Shown: positions 1 to 8,148, numbered from the stretch's first letter. The stretch: DNA of 56,677 nt from Anaerolineales bacterium (GCA_016783125.1 JADHXE010000002.1:1-56677); one strand, 5' to 3'. Notes: generated from the letters alone by a model not told the origin. Made by a program: numbers and translations.

Positions 1-40
1 CACCCCTATTTCCGGAACTTTTCCGCTCGTTTGAAACACG
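1..40. repeat. Truncated copy (right inner arm + right outer arm) of the nested palindromic terminator-like repeat family
   Basis: nt 1-40 match 45925-45964 at 39/40 positions (cacccYtatttccgg + aacttttccgctcgtttgaaacac); the left half lies outside the window. Confidence 0.8.
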
Positions 41-62
41 CTCATAATAGTTTTATGCGCTC

Positions 63-97
63 ACGCTCGACTTTAAATTTGAAGTCGAGCGTTTTTC
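63..97 (+). terminator. Rho-independent terminator of a gene upstream of the window
   Basis: Perfect 11-bp stem acgctcgactt/aagtcgagcgt (63-73 / 82-92), 8-nt loop, then a T-run (92-96). Confidence 0.75.
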
Positions 98-125
98 ATT
101 TCGGGAACATGATGAAAATCACAAT

Positions 126-187
126 CAGTTGTCTGACAATTGACTTTTGCCCGGTTATTTGCTAAACTAACAATTGTCAGACAACTG
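126..187 (+). promoter_or_regulatory. Sigma-70-like promoter bracketed by two copies of an operator-like palindrome
   Basis: TTGACT (140-145), 17-nt spacer, TAAACT (163-168). cagttgtctgacaattg (126-142) and its exact reverse complement caattgtcagacaactg (171-187) overlap the -35 and the predicted start region. Confidence 0.55.
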
Positions 188-310
188 GCTAAGTTTCTAG
201 ATTTCTCATTCGAATTATCTGCGAAATGACCATGCTCTTTGTTCACAATACGAATATCCTGGTTGCTATGAATGACCACCATCGTGAGATAGCGGGCGGC
301 GGTTTTTTGT

Positions 311-1963
311 TTGCGACGGAGCAGTACTAAAGTGAAACCAAAATACTTGGAAGCGGAAAACGTGAGCATCGCAGCCGGTCGCGATAGAAAAATTGTTTTG
401 TTGTTGCTCATCACGCTCTTCGCTTTTGTGCTTGTGAAAAACGCCTGGGTTGGAGATGATGCCTACATAACGGTAAGGACGATTGAAAACTTCCTCAGCG
501 GCTACGGGCTAACCCACAACATCGCTGAGCGAGTTCAGACATATACCCATCCATTATGGTTGTTTGTGCAGTCCGGTATCTATTTCTTGCTCAACCGCGT
601 TCTGGGAATCTATTTTTGGGCTGAGTTTTATTGTTTGAATGTGTTAATTTCTGTAACCCTTTCAATTCTGGTGATTTATTTACTCGTGGTCAAAAATGCA
701 CGCTCTTTTGGATCGGCCCTTTTGGGAATAACTATTTTGGTCATGTCTAAGGCGTTTGTGGATTACTCAACTTCCGGTTTAGAAAATCCGTTGACGCACT
801 TATTGCTGGTCATATTCATATTGGTATTTCTAGACGGGCAGCGAGAAAATCCTCGGAGAATGTTTTTCTTATCTCTGATCGCAGCGCTGGGGGGACTCAA
901 TCGGCTGGATACATTGCTTTTATATTTGCCAGTTATTGTGTATGCTTTTTGGCAGATGGATGATAAGAGGAAAGCCATCCATCAGATACTCTTAGGGTTT
1001 TTGCCTCTCATACTCTGGGAGTTGTTTTCGCTTTTTTATTATGGATTTTTGTTTCCAAACACTGCCTACTCAAAATTGAATACCGGCATCCCGTCTGGGC
1101 ACTTGGCCCGTCAAGGTATTTATTATTTTCTGAACTCGCTGAGTCTGGACCCAATTACGCTGCTAACGATAGTGTTCTCTTTGGCACTTCCATTCATAAT
1201 AAAACAGCGGCGGCATCTCCCCATCCTGATTGGTGTCTTCTTGTATTTGCTCTATATTGTCAGGATTGGTGGGGATTTCATGTCGGGGCGTTTCTTCGCG
1301 GCGCCCATATTGATAGCCGTGATCTTGTTCACGCGTTACAAGTTCGAAGATGTCAAGGCTTACTTAGCGATTCTGGCGGTTGTTCTGGTCGTCGGCCTCA
1401 CCTCGCCTCGACCACCGATTATAGTTACCGCTCACCCAGTCGAGAAATTCGAGGGTAAACCCAAGATCGATGAAAAGGGTGTTTCCGATGAGCGCTTGTT
1501 TTACTTCAGAACCGCCGGTTTGCTGGTCGATAATCGTTCGCAAGTTTTTCCAGGCTCCAGGTATGCAGGCCGTCAATGGATTTCCATCAAAGATACTCCA
1601 GATGTGGAGATTGCGGGCGCTTTGGGAGATCATGGCTATGTGACCGGCCCGGATGTCCATGTGGTTGATCTCTTCGCGATATCTGACCCTCTGATGGCCA
1701 GATTGCCAACACTGGACCTTGAAGTCTGGCGGATCGGGCATTTTCGGCGCGATATCCCAGAAGGTTACCTGGAAAGCCTGGCCTCAGGTGAGAACGAAAT
1801 CATTGACCCCAATTTGGCTCAATATTATGATAAGCTTAGTATCGTTACACGCGGCGATCTCTTCGAGTGGGATCGACTGGTTGAGATTTGGAATCTCAAT
1901 ACGGGAAAGTATGATTACTTGCTTGATGCTTATATTGCCGAAAGGGGAGCGGTACAATATTGA
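311..1963 (+). CDS. Polytopic membrane protein, GT-C-type glycosyltransferase-like
   Basis: 550-aa ORF with many hydrophobic helices. Acidic loop motif VGDDAYIT just after the first helix, as in GT-C (ArnT/PMT/arabinofuranosyltransferase-type) enzymes. TTG start at 311 is uncertain (in-frame GTG at 332 and 362). Confidence 0.6.
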   Translation: MRRSSTKVKPKYLEAENVSIAAGRDRKIVLLLLITLFAFVLVKNAWVGDDAYITVRTIENFLSGYGLTHNIAERVQTYTHPLWLFVQSGIYFLLNRVLGIYFWAEFYCLNVLISVTLSILVIYLLVVKNARSFGSALLGITILVMSKAFVDYSTSGLENPLTHLLLVIFILVFLDGQRENPRRMFFLSLIAALGGLNRLDTLLLYLPVIVYAFWQMDDKRKAIHQILLGFLPLILWELFSLFYYGFLFPNTAYSKLNTGIPSGHLARQGIYYFLNSLSLDPITLLTIVFSLALPFIIKQRRHLPILIGVFLYLLYIVRIGGDFMSGRFFAAPILIAVILFTRYKFEDVKAYLAILAVVLVVGLTSPRPPIIVTAHPVEKFEGKPKIDEKGVSDERLFYFRTAGLLVDNRSQVFPGSRYAGRQWISIKDTPDVEIAGALGDHGYVTGPDVHVVDLFAISDPLMARLPTLDLEVWRIGHFRRDIPEGYLESLASGENEIIDPNLAQYYDKLSIVTRGDLFEWDRLVEIWNLNTGKYDYLLDAYIAERGAVQY

Positions 1964-2217
1964 CGATGACAGATATGGAATACTCTGAAATTAAAAAAAT
2001 CGTTGATGGCTTGGATCCGGTGGATTGGGTACAGATGCGGCTCTCGGCAAATTTATCTCCAGCAGATAGAGTGTTGGCTGGAGTACGTGCGCAATCATTT
2101 GTAAAATCTGCTTTACGGGGAACTTTTTCATTGCGTTTTCCAGAGATGACCCTCTCTGAACTTAATATGAAAGTTTTGTCATATCTTACGCCAGTGCGCA
2201 TGGGGGGAGATATATGA
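1960..2217 (+). CDS. Small hypothetical protein (85 aa), translationally coupled to the downstream nucleotidyltransferase gene
   Basis: ORF overlaps the previous stop (TTG 1960; in-frame ATG 1966) and overlaps the next gene by ATGA (2214-2217); GGGGAG upstream; no family recognised. Confidence 0.5.
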   Translation: MTMTDMEYSEIKKIVDGLDPVDWVQMRLSANLSPADRVLAGVRAQSFVKSALRGTFSLRFPEMTLSELNMKVLSYLTPVRMGGDI

Positions 2218-2846
2218 GCGAATTGGATTTTTATTTAAAGGTTCTAAAGGCGCTTGATCAAATAGATGCTCCTTACATGATAGTTGGTGCATTTGCGGGC
2301 TATGCATTTGGTCTTACTCGTGTTACTTTGGATATTGACATTCTTGTTGAATTAAGAGAAGAGCATTATGATGTGCTCGCCGAATTATTCCCCTTACCGC
2401 GCTACTATGCGGACCCTGGGATGATGCGTAATTCTACTCAAATGGGCATTATGTTCAATTTGATCGATACAGAAGAAGGGGTAAAGGCTGATTTAGTTCC
2501 CCTCACGAGGGAACCAGAATATCGTATTGCCTTCAACCGGAGGATTCGTCGAATATTCAAAGATGCTTCTGGTGATACCTTCGAGGCAATGTGCGCTCAA
2601 CCAACTGACATCATTATTGGAAAACTCAAAGCTTGGACTGAGGGGCAGTCGAACAAACATCCACAGGATATTTTTAAACTCGTAGTGTTTTATCTAAGTG
2701 GTTTGAGTGATATACCAATTGACATTGACAATGTCACATCTGAGGCTAAAAAAATGGGAGAATCTGCTGCGACACTTTGGCGAGATATTGTTACCCGTGC
2801 TAAAAGAGAGGTCATGCAGCATGAGGAGGAAGCGAAGAATGGCTGA
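2214..2846 (+). CDS. Nucleotidyltransferase-fold protein (Pol-beta/MNT-like superfamily)
   Basis: N-terminal motif IVGAFAGYAFGLTRVTLDIDILV (G-A/S...D-x-D signature of minimal nucleotidyltransferases); lower GC than its neighbours by eye. Confidence 0.6.
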   Translation: MSELDFYLKVLKALDQIDAPYMIVGAFAGYAFGLTRVTLDIDILVELREEHYDVLAELFPLPRYYADPGMMRNSTQMGIMFNLIDTEEGVKADLVPLTREPEYRIAFNRRIRRIFKDASGDTFEAMCAQPTDIIIGKLKAWTEGQSNKHPQDIFKLVVFYLSGLSDIPIDIDNVTSEAKKMGESAATLWRDIVTRAKREVMQHEEEAKNG

Positions 2847-4662
2847 AAAATCCATTGCTGAACGAACTCAAGAATTAGTCAACGTCGCCATGGGGCGCGA
2901 CCCAGCTGATATGGTCATCCAGAACGGACAATGGGTCAGCGTTCAATCCGGCGAAATCATTCCTGACACGGATATTGCCATCAAAGATCAGCGCATTGCC
3001 TATGTTGGCCCTGATGCATCTCATACAATTGGTGACAACACAAAGGTTATCGATGCCGATGGGCGCTATCTCGTCCCTGGGTTATTAGATGCGCATATGC
3101 ATGTTGAGTCTGGCATGGTCACTGTGACGGAGTTTGTGCGGGCTGTGGCCCGGCGCGGCACTACGGGGATGTTCATCGACCCCCATGAACTCGCTAATGT
3201 TTTGGGGCTGAAGGCCGTCAAGTTGATGGTGGATGAAGCCGCCGAGCAGCCCATCCATGTTTGGGTGCAAATGCCTGCGTGTGCGCCTTCTTCTCCAGGC
3301 TTGGAAACCCCCGGTTCCAGCATTAGCGTTGAGAATGTGGCTGAGGCGATGGGATGGGATGGCATTATTGGCCTAGGCGAGATGATGAATTTTCCTGATG
3401 TGATCAACAGCGGCGAAAAAATGCACGCTGAGATGGCTGAGACGCGTGCGGTTGGGAAAGTCATCGGTGGGCATTATGCTTCGCCAGATTTGGGTCTGCC
3501 TTTCCACGGCTATGTGGCTGGCGGCCCCGAAGATGAACACGAAGGCACCCGTAAGGAAGACGCCATCGCCCGCGCACGCCAGGGTATGAAAGTCATGATG
3601 CGATTTGGTTCTGCCTGGCATGATGTTGCCGCCCAGGTGCGGGCTGTCATTGATGATGGGCTTGACCCTCGACATTTCCTCCTTTGCACAGATGATTCTC
3701 ACTCCCAAACGCTGGTCGCGGATGGGCATATGGATCGGGTAGTACGTCACGCAATCGAGCAAGGGCTTGAGCCTATTACCGCTATCCAGATGGCGACCTT
3801 GAATACGTCAGAACACTTTGGGTTGACGCGCGAAATAGGTATGATTGCCCCCGGGCGTTATGCTGATATTTTATTGGTCAGGAACCTCTCTGAATTCCAG
3901 GCCGAGAAAGTCATTGCCAAAGGGCAGGTCATCGCTGAAGGTGGCGAATTGCTGATTGAACTGCCTTCCTTCAAATATCCAGAATGGGCAACCACGTCGG
4001 TGCATCTGGGAAAAGAATTGACTGCCGACGATTTCAAACTTCCTGTCTTCGGTCATCCATCTTCTGTCGTTGCAAACGTCATCGGTGTGATCGAGAACCA
4101 GGCCCCAACCAATCATCTGCGCATAGAGGTGCAGGCCAAAGATGGCGAAGTTGTTTTACCCCCCCTCTGTCCCCCCCGCTTGCGGGGGGGAAGTGAAGGG
4201 GGGGTAGCCAAGATCGCCTTGGTGGAGCGGCACAAGGGCACAGGTGATGTGATCGTGGGCCTGGTGCACGGCTTTGGATTTTCGGAACGCTGCGCGATTG
4301 GTACAACCGTGGCTCATGACAGCCATCACATGATCGTCGTAGGAACAAGCGAAGTCGACATGGCGAGAGCGGCAAACCTGTTAGGGGAGATCCAAGGCGG
4401 CCAGGTGGTCATCAAGGATGGTCAGGTGATTGGCCAGGTCGAGTTGCCCATCGCCGGCTTGATGTCTGATGAGCGCGCTGAAGTTGTTGCTGAGAAAGCC
4501 GCAACTGTGCTGGAAGGTTTCAAGGCTTGCGGCTGCCTGCTCAATAATCCCAATATGCAGCTCAGCTTGTTGGCCCTGGTAGTGATCCCGGAGCTGCGGA
4601 TTTCCGACCTGGGTCTGGTCGATGTAACCAAATTCGAGTTTATACCAGTATTGGAAGAGTAA
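2839..4662 (+). CDS. ade: Adenine deaminase (paralog 1)
   Basis: LVPGLLDAHMHVES metal site, GEMMNFPDV, C-terminal VAHDSHHMIVVG...LPIAGLMS domain. ATG at 2839 chosen because the 2707 extension in the ORF track overlaps the previous gene. Confidence 0.85.
   Translation: MAEKSIAERTQELVNVAMGRDPADMVIQNGQWVSVQSGEIIPDTDIAIKDQRIAYVGPDASHTIGDNTKVIDADGRYLVPGLLDAHMHVESGMVTVTEFVRAVARRGTTGMFIDPHELANVLGLKAVKLMVDEAAEQPIHVWVQMPACAPSSPGLETPGSSISVENVAEAMGWDGIIGLGEMMNFPDVINSGEKMHAEMAETRAVGKVIGGHYASPDLGLPFHGYVAGGPEDEHEGTRKEDAIARARQGMKVMMRFGSAWHDVAAQVRAVIDDGLDPRHFLLCTDDSHSQTLVADGHMDRVVRHAIEQGLEPITAIQMATLNTSEHFGLTREIGMIAPGRYADILLVRNLSEFQAEKVIAKGQVIAEGGELLIELPSFKYPEWATTSVHLGKELTADDFKLPVFGHPSSVVANVIGVIENQAPTNHLRIEVQAKDGEVVLPPLCPPRLRGGSEGGVAKIALVERHKGTGDVIVGLVHGFGFSERCAIGTTVAHDSHHMIVVGTSEVDMARAANLLGEIQGGQVVIKDGQVIGQVELPIAGLMSDERAEVVAEKAATVLEGFKACGCLLNNPNMQLSLLALVVIPELRISDLGLVDVTKFEFIPVLEE
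4157..4206. repeat. GC-rich palindrome inserted in frame inside ade paralog 1
   Basis: ta-C7-tctgt-C7-gcttgc-G7-aagtgaa-G7-ta; encodes LPPLCPPRLRGGSEGGV, where paralog 2 has a shorter unrelated segment. Confidence 0.8.
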
Positions 4663-4689
4663 CAACCTGTGCTGTAATGTACTGATCCG

Positions 4690-5406
4690 ATGACTGATTT
4701 TAGCCGTTCTGAACAACTGCATAACCAACTTGAGGCGATTATCTCCCTGGCCGACGCAGGCCAACGCTTGCCCTCGGAGCCGCGTTTAGCTGAACAATTA
4801 GGTGTATCGCGCGCCACATTGCGCGAAGCCATGCGCACCTTCGAAACGCAGGGCCTGCTCCGCCGCCGTCAGGGCGTGGGGACTTTTGTCGTCCGTCCAA
4901 CTCAGGTGATCGATAGCGGCCTGGAAGTTCTTGAGAGTATCGAAAGCCTGTCTGACAGGATTGGGCTGCCGGTGGCAATGGGCGATTTCCAACTGGTTGA
5001 TTGTGAAGCGGATGAGGTTGTTGCGGAGAAGTTGAAAGTGGAGCCAGGCTCGAAAGTGCAGCGCATCTCGCGTGTCATTATGGCCGATGACCGTCCGGTC
5101 GCCTTTTTAGTTGATACCCTTCGTCTAGGTTTGCTTGTCTCCGAGGAGGTCGGAGATGAGTTTACAGGCTCAGTTTTAGATATTCTGCTAAATCGCGGCG
5201 ATCCCGTCCTGGGGCACTCGCGCTGTGAGATCAATGCTGTTGCCGCCGCCTCTGATGTGGCCCGCGCCCTGGATATCCAACGCGGTGATTCGGTGCTGCG
5301 TTTTGTGTCGCTGCTTTTTAGTAAAGATGGCGAGCCGGTTGATTATTCGTTCAGTTATTTCTTGCCCGGTTATTTCCGGTTTCATGTCGTCAGGAGAGTA
5401 GGTTGA
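4690..5406 (+). CDS. GntR-family transcriptional regulator, HutC/UTRA subfamily
   Basis: N-terminal wHTH LPSEPRLAEQLGVSRATLREAMRTFETQGLLRRRQGVGTFV; about 160-aa UTRA-like C-terminal domain. Confidence 0.85.
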   Translation: MTDFSRSEQLHNQLEAIISLADAGQRLPSEPRLAEQLGVSRATLREAMRTFETQGLLRRRQGVGTFVVRPTQVIDSGLEVLESIESLSDRIGLPVAMGDFQLVDCEADEVVAEKLKVEPGSKVQRISRVIMADDRPVAFLVDTLRLGLLVSEEVGDEFTGSVLDILLNRGDPVLGHSRCEINAVAAASDVARALDIQRGDSVLRFVSLLFSKDGEPVDYSFSYFLPGYFRFHVVRRVG

Positions 5407-5424
5407 CGTTCAGGTGTTACGAAA

Positions 5425-5458
5425 TACGCAATACGGATTACGTTTCACGTATTGCGTA
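5425..5458. repeat. Stem-loop between the gntR-like gene and the first carbamoyltransferase gene
   Basis: tacgcaatacg (5425-5435) pairs perfectly with cgtattgcgta (5448-5458), 12-nt loop; embedded in 8-nt-period low-complexity sequence; no T-run. Confidence 0.6.
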
Positions 5459-5504
5459 AACTGATTACCAATACTAAATTATCATATTTTAAGGAGTAAA
5501 TAAA

Positions 5505-6458
5505 ATGCGTAGTTTTGCAGGTCGTGACATTCTTTCTTTGAAAGACTTTGAGCGTAATGAGTTCTTCCGTGTCTTCGAAATTGCTGAAGAGTTGGAACCT
5601 ATCGCTCGCAATCGCCGCAACACTGATCTTCTGAAAGAGAAGACTCTGGTGACGGCGTTCTATCAACCCAGCACTCGCACCCGTCTGGCACATGAGGCAG
5701 CTATGATCCGTCTTGGCGGCCAGGTGACCGGCTTCGCTGATGCAAAGATGACCCGTGCTGGCGATTTCTACCAAGAGTCCATCAAAGACACCGTCAAAAT
5801 GTTGGAGTTCTATGGTGATGTGATCGTTATGCGGCACTTCCAACAGGGCGCGCCTCACGAAGCTGCCAAATGGGCTTCGGTGCCGATCATTAATGGCGGT
5901 GATGGTTGGGGCGAACACCCCACCCAGATACTGACCGACTTCTACACGGTGATGCGCGAAAAAGGCCGCCTCGATGGCCTCAAGTGGCTGGCTGTCGGCG
6001 ATATGCGCATGCGTACTATGCACTCACTGGCCTATGGTTTGACCCAGTTTGATTGCCCGATCACTTTCGTTTCCCCGGAAGACCAGCGTTTGACGGATGA
6101 AATGAAGGTTGACTTGAAGAATTTCAGCCTTGATTTCAAGGAAGTCGAGCATGTCGAGCAGGCCATCGCGGATGCTGATGTCATCCTGGTCGAGCCGGTT
6201 GTGCAGCCTGATTACACTAAATCCCGTGACGAGCGTGATGGTGATGTCGATCTGACCCCGGCAAACTTCAAGATCACCCGCGATCTGCTTGTCAATAAAG
6301 CCAAATCGGATGCAATCTTGCTGCACTCCCTGCCCCGCATGGACGAGATTCCTCCTGATGTGGACATCACCCGCTGGTCCCGCTACTGGCAAGAAGCCTT
6401 CAATGGCGTTGTCATGCGCATGACGCTGCTGGCGTTGGTTTTGGGGAAGATGGAATAA
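5505..6458 (+). CDS. Aspartate-carbamoyltransferase-like carbamoyltransferase (non-canonical substrate site)
   Basis: STRTR, HPTQ, and ATCase-type C-terminus LHSLPRMDEIPPDVD...LLALVLG. The TRVQKER aspartate-binding segment is replaced by EPVVQPD (alignment by eye); AAGGAG RBS. Confidence 0.7.
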   Translation: MRSFAGRDILSLKDFERNEFFRVFEIAEELEPIARNRRNTDLLKEKTLVTAFYQPSTRTRLAHEAAMIRLGGQVTGFADAKMTRAGDFYQESIKDTVKMLEFYGDVIVMRHFQQGAPHEAAKWASVPIINGGDGWGEHPTQILTDFYTVMREKGRLDGLKWLAVGDMRMRTMHSLAYGLTQFDCPITFVSPEDQRLTDEMKVDLKNFSLDFKEVEHVEQAIADADVILVEPVVQPDYTKSRDERDGDVDLTPANFKITRDLLVNKAKSDAILLHSLPRMDEIPPDVDITRWSRYWQEAFNGVVMRMTLLALVLGKME

Positions 6459-6468
6459 ATCAGGAATC

Positions 6469-6533
6469 AGTAGATTGGTAAATTGGTAACTTGGGAAGAC
6501 CTAATCTACCAATTCCCGATTTGCCAATCTACT
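6469..6533 (+). repeat. Long imperfect hairpin built from the same repeat units that flank the four-helix-bundle gene at 7597-8052 (apparently empty stem)
   Basis: Left arm agtagattggtaaattggtaacttgggaaga pairs with right arm taatctaccaattcccgatttgccaatctact (first 18 positions paired, including 2 G-U). gtagattggtaaattggta (6470-6488) is the exact reverse complement of 8085-8103; cctaatctaccaat occurs at 6500-6513 and 8070-8083. Confidence 0.8.
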
Positions 6534-6552
6534 ATTTTACAGGAGACTAAAA

Positions 6553-7533
6553 ATGCAAAGTGATCTTCGCAATCGTGATTTGATAGGGGATCTCGACTTC
6601 AGCAAAGAAGAAGTCGAAACTATTTTAGACGTGGCCTGGGACCTGAAGCGCAAACGCGCCCTCGGAGAATCCCACGCTTACTTGCGCGATAAAGTGCTGG
6701 CGATGTTGTTCTTCTTCTCCAGCACGCGCACACGCGGTTCTTTCGAGGCGGGTATGGCCCAATTGGGTGGTCATGCTGCTTTTATCGAGAGCCGCACAAC
6801 CCAGATTTCCCACGGCGACACTGAGACAGAAATGGGTGAAATCTTCGGCCGTTATTTCGATGGTATCGCCATCCGCCATGTGGACTGGGGCATTGGTAAT
6901 CGCTATCTCAACCTGGTTGCCAGCGCCTCGCGCGTCCCGGTGCTCAACATGCAGTGCGAAATCTACCATCCGCACCAATGCCTGGCTGACCTGATGACCA
7001 TCATGGAGAAGAAAGGCCGTGATTTACGACGCAAGAAGATGGTCGTATCCTGGGCCTATGCTTCTTCGTACCTGAAACCGATGTCCGTGCCACAGTCGCT
7101 CATTTTACAAATGCCGCGCTTCGGTCTGGACGTGGTTTTGGCACATCCGCCGGAATTCAAGCTGATGCCTGAGATCATGGAACAAGCCGAAGAGCAGGCG
7201 CGTAAAGCCGGCGCAGGTTTCGAAGTCACTGATGATATGGAAGAAGCCTTCAAAGACGCTGACATCATCTACGCAAAGTCCTGGGGCCCCTTGATGACCA
7301 CTCATGATCCCGCAGAAGGCAAGGTTATTCAGGATAAATATCAGAGCTGGATCACCGATCAGCGCAAGATGTCTCTGGCGAAAGAAGACGCCATCTATAT
7401 GCACCCGCTGCCCGCCGACCGTGATGTTGAAGTCACCAGCGAAGTCATGGATGGGCCAAATTCGGTTGTCTTCGATGAGGCCGAAAACCGCATGCATGCT
7501 CAAAAGGCTGTCATGGCGTTGACGATGAGGTAA
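6553..7533 (+). CDS. YgeW-like carbamoyltransferase (OTC/ATC superfamily, catabolic type)
   Basis: SSTRTR, HPHQCLADL, YMHPLPAD, plus segments I recall as YgeW-typical (TQISHGDT; SWAYASSYLKPMSVPQS; EEAFKDADIIYAKSWGP); AGGAG RBS. Confidence 0.7.
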   Translation: MQSDLRNRDLIGDLDFSKEEVETILDVAWDLKRKRALGESHAYLRDKVLAMLFFFSSTRTRGSFEAGMAQLGGHAAFIESRTTQISHGDTETEMGEIFGRYFDGIAIRHVDWGIGNRYLNLVASASRVPVLNMQCEIYHPHQCLADLMTIMEKKGRDLRRKKMVVSWAYASSYLKPMSVPQSLILQMPRFGLDVVLAHPPEFKLMPEIMEQAEEQARKAGAGFEVTDDMEEAFKDADIIYAKSWGPLMTTHDPAEGKVIQDKYQSWITDQRKMSLAKEDAIYMHPLPADRDVEVTSEVMDGPNSVVFDEAENRMHAQKAVMALTMR

Positions 7534-7535
7534 AG

Positions 7536-7591
7536 TTGGGAAACTGGGAAACTGGGAAACTGGTAGATTGGGCATCGGTATTTGGTGGAGG
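7536..7591. repeat. G/T-rich 8-nt-period array forming the left flank of four-helix-bundle cassette 1
   Basis: ttgggaaa ctgggaaa ctgggaaa ctggtaga ttgggcat cggtattt ggtggagg. tggtagattgg (7561-7571) is the exact reverse complement of ccaatctacca at 8079-8089 and 8095-8105. Confidence 0.85.
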
Positions 7592-7596
7592 CAGAT

Positions 7597-8052
7597 GTGA
7601 CAACGAAAGGGCAACGCGGTTTTGAAGATTTGGAATGTTATCAATTGGCATTGCAGGTTTTGAAAGAGGCTTATCGCGTGGCGGATCGTTTGCCTGTTGA
7701 AGAAAAATACAATTTGGCAAACCAAATGCACTGGGCAGCGACCAGTGTGATTTTGAATATCGCAGAAGGGTATGGACGTTTTCACTATTTGGATACTTTG
7801 CGGTTTTATTATATTGCGCGCGGCTCTCTCAATGAAACCTTGAGCGCGTTTATCGTTTGTAAAGAGCTGCAATACACACAAGGCGAAATTCAGCAACAAC
7901 GTGAACTTTGTCACAGCGCGCTGCGTTCGCTAAATGGATATATCCGTTACGTTCGTAAGCAGCAAAAAGGCCACAAAGAATACGGTGACAGCGCAATCCG
8001 AGAAAACCCCGCTCAATACAGTATTGCCACCCAGCCGCTGTTAGATGAATAA
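7597..8052 (+). CDS. Four-helix-bundle protein (23S rRNA intervening-sequence protein / Avd-like family), copy 1
   Basis: FEDLECYQLA...NQMHWAATSVILNIAEGYGRF...IARGSLNETL matches the family pattern. GTG 7597 is preceded by GGAGG; the ORF track starts at TTG 7582. Confidence 0.8.
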   Translation: MTTKGQRGFEDLECYQLALQVLKEAYRVADRLPVEEKYNLANQMHWAATSVILNIAEGYGRFHYLDTLRFYYIARGSLNETLSAFIVCKELQYTQGEIQQQRELCHSALRSLNGYIRYVRKQQKGHKEYGDSAIRENPAQYSIATQPLLDE

Positions 8053-8115
8053 CCACCCATCCACCAGTTCCTAATCTACCAATCTACCAATTTACCAATC
8101 TACCAATTTACCAAA
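8053..8115. repeat. C/A-rich 8-nt-period array forming the right flank of cassette 1
   Basis: ccacccatccaccagttcctaat, then ctaccaat ctaccaat ttaccaat ctaccaat ttaccaaa (8076-8115); complementary to the left array. Confidence 0.85.
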
Positions 8116-8148
8116 ATACTATCCAGCCATTATTAAGGATCTCAATTT

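Noticed and set aside
73-414. 113-aa minus-strand ORF at the left edge
   Set aside because: It runs through a plus-strand terminator hairpin, a good promoter and both operator palindromes. It has no recognisable family or RBS, so it is treated as non-coding regulatory DNA.
2707-2838. Upstream 44-codon extension of ade given in the ORF track
   Set aside because: The extension lies entirely inside the nucleotidyltransferase gene in another frame. The protein aligns with the Ade N-terminus from MAEKSIAERTQELV, so ATG 2839 was chosen.
7597-8052. Diversity-generating retroelement, because the four-helix-bundle protein resembles Avd
   Set aside because: There is no reverse transcriptase gene anywhere in the window. 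I found no template/variable repeat pair with adenine-specific differences next to either copy.
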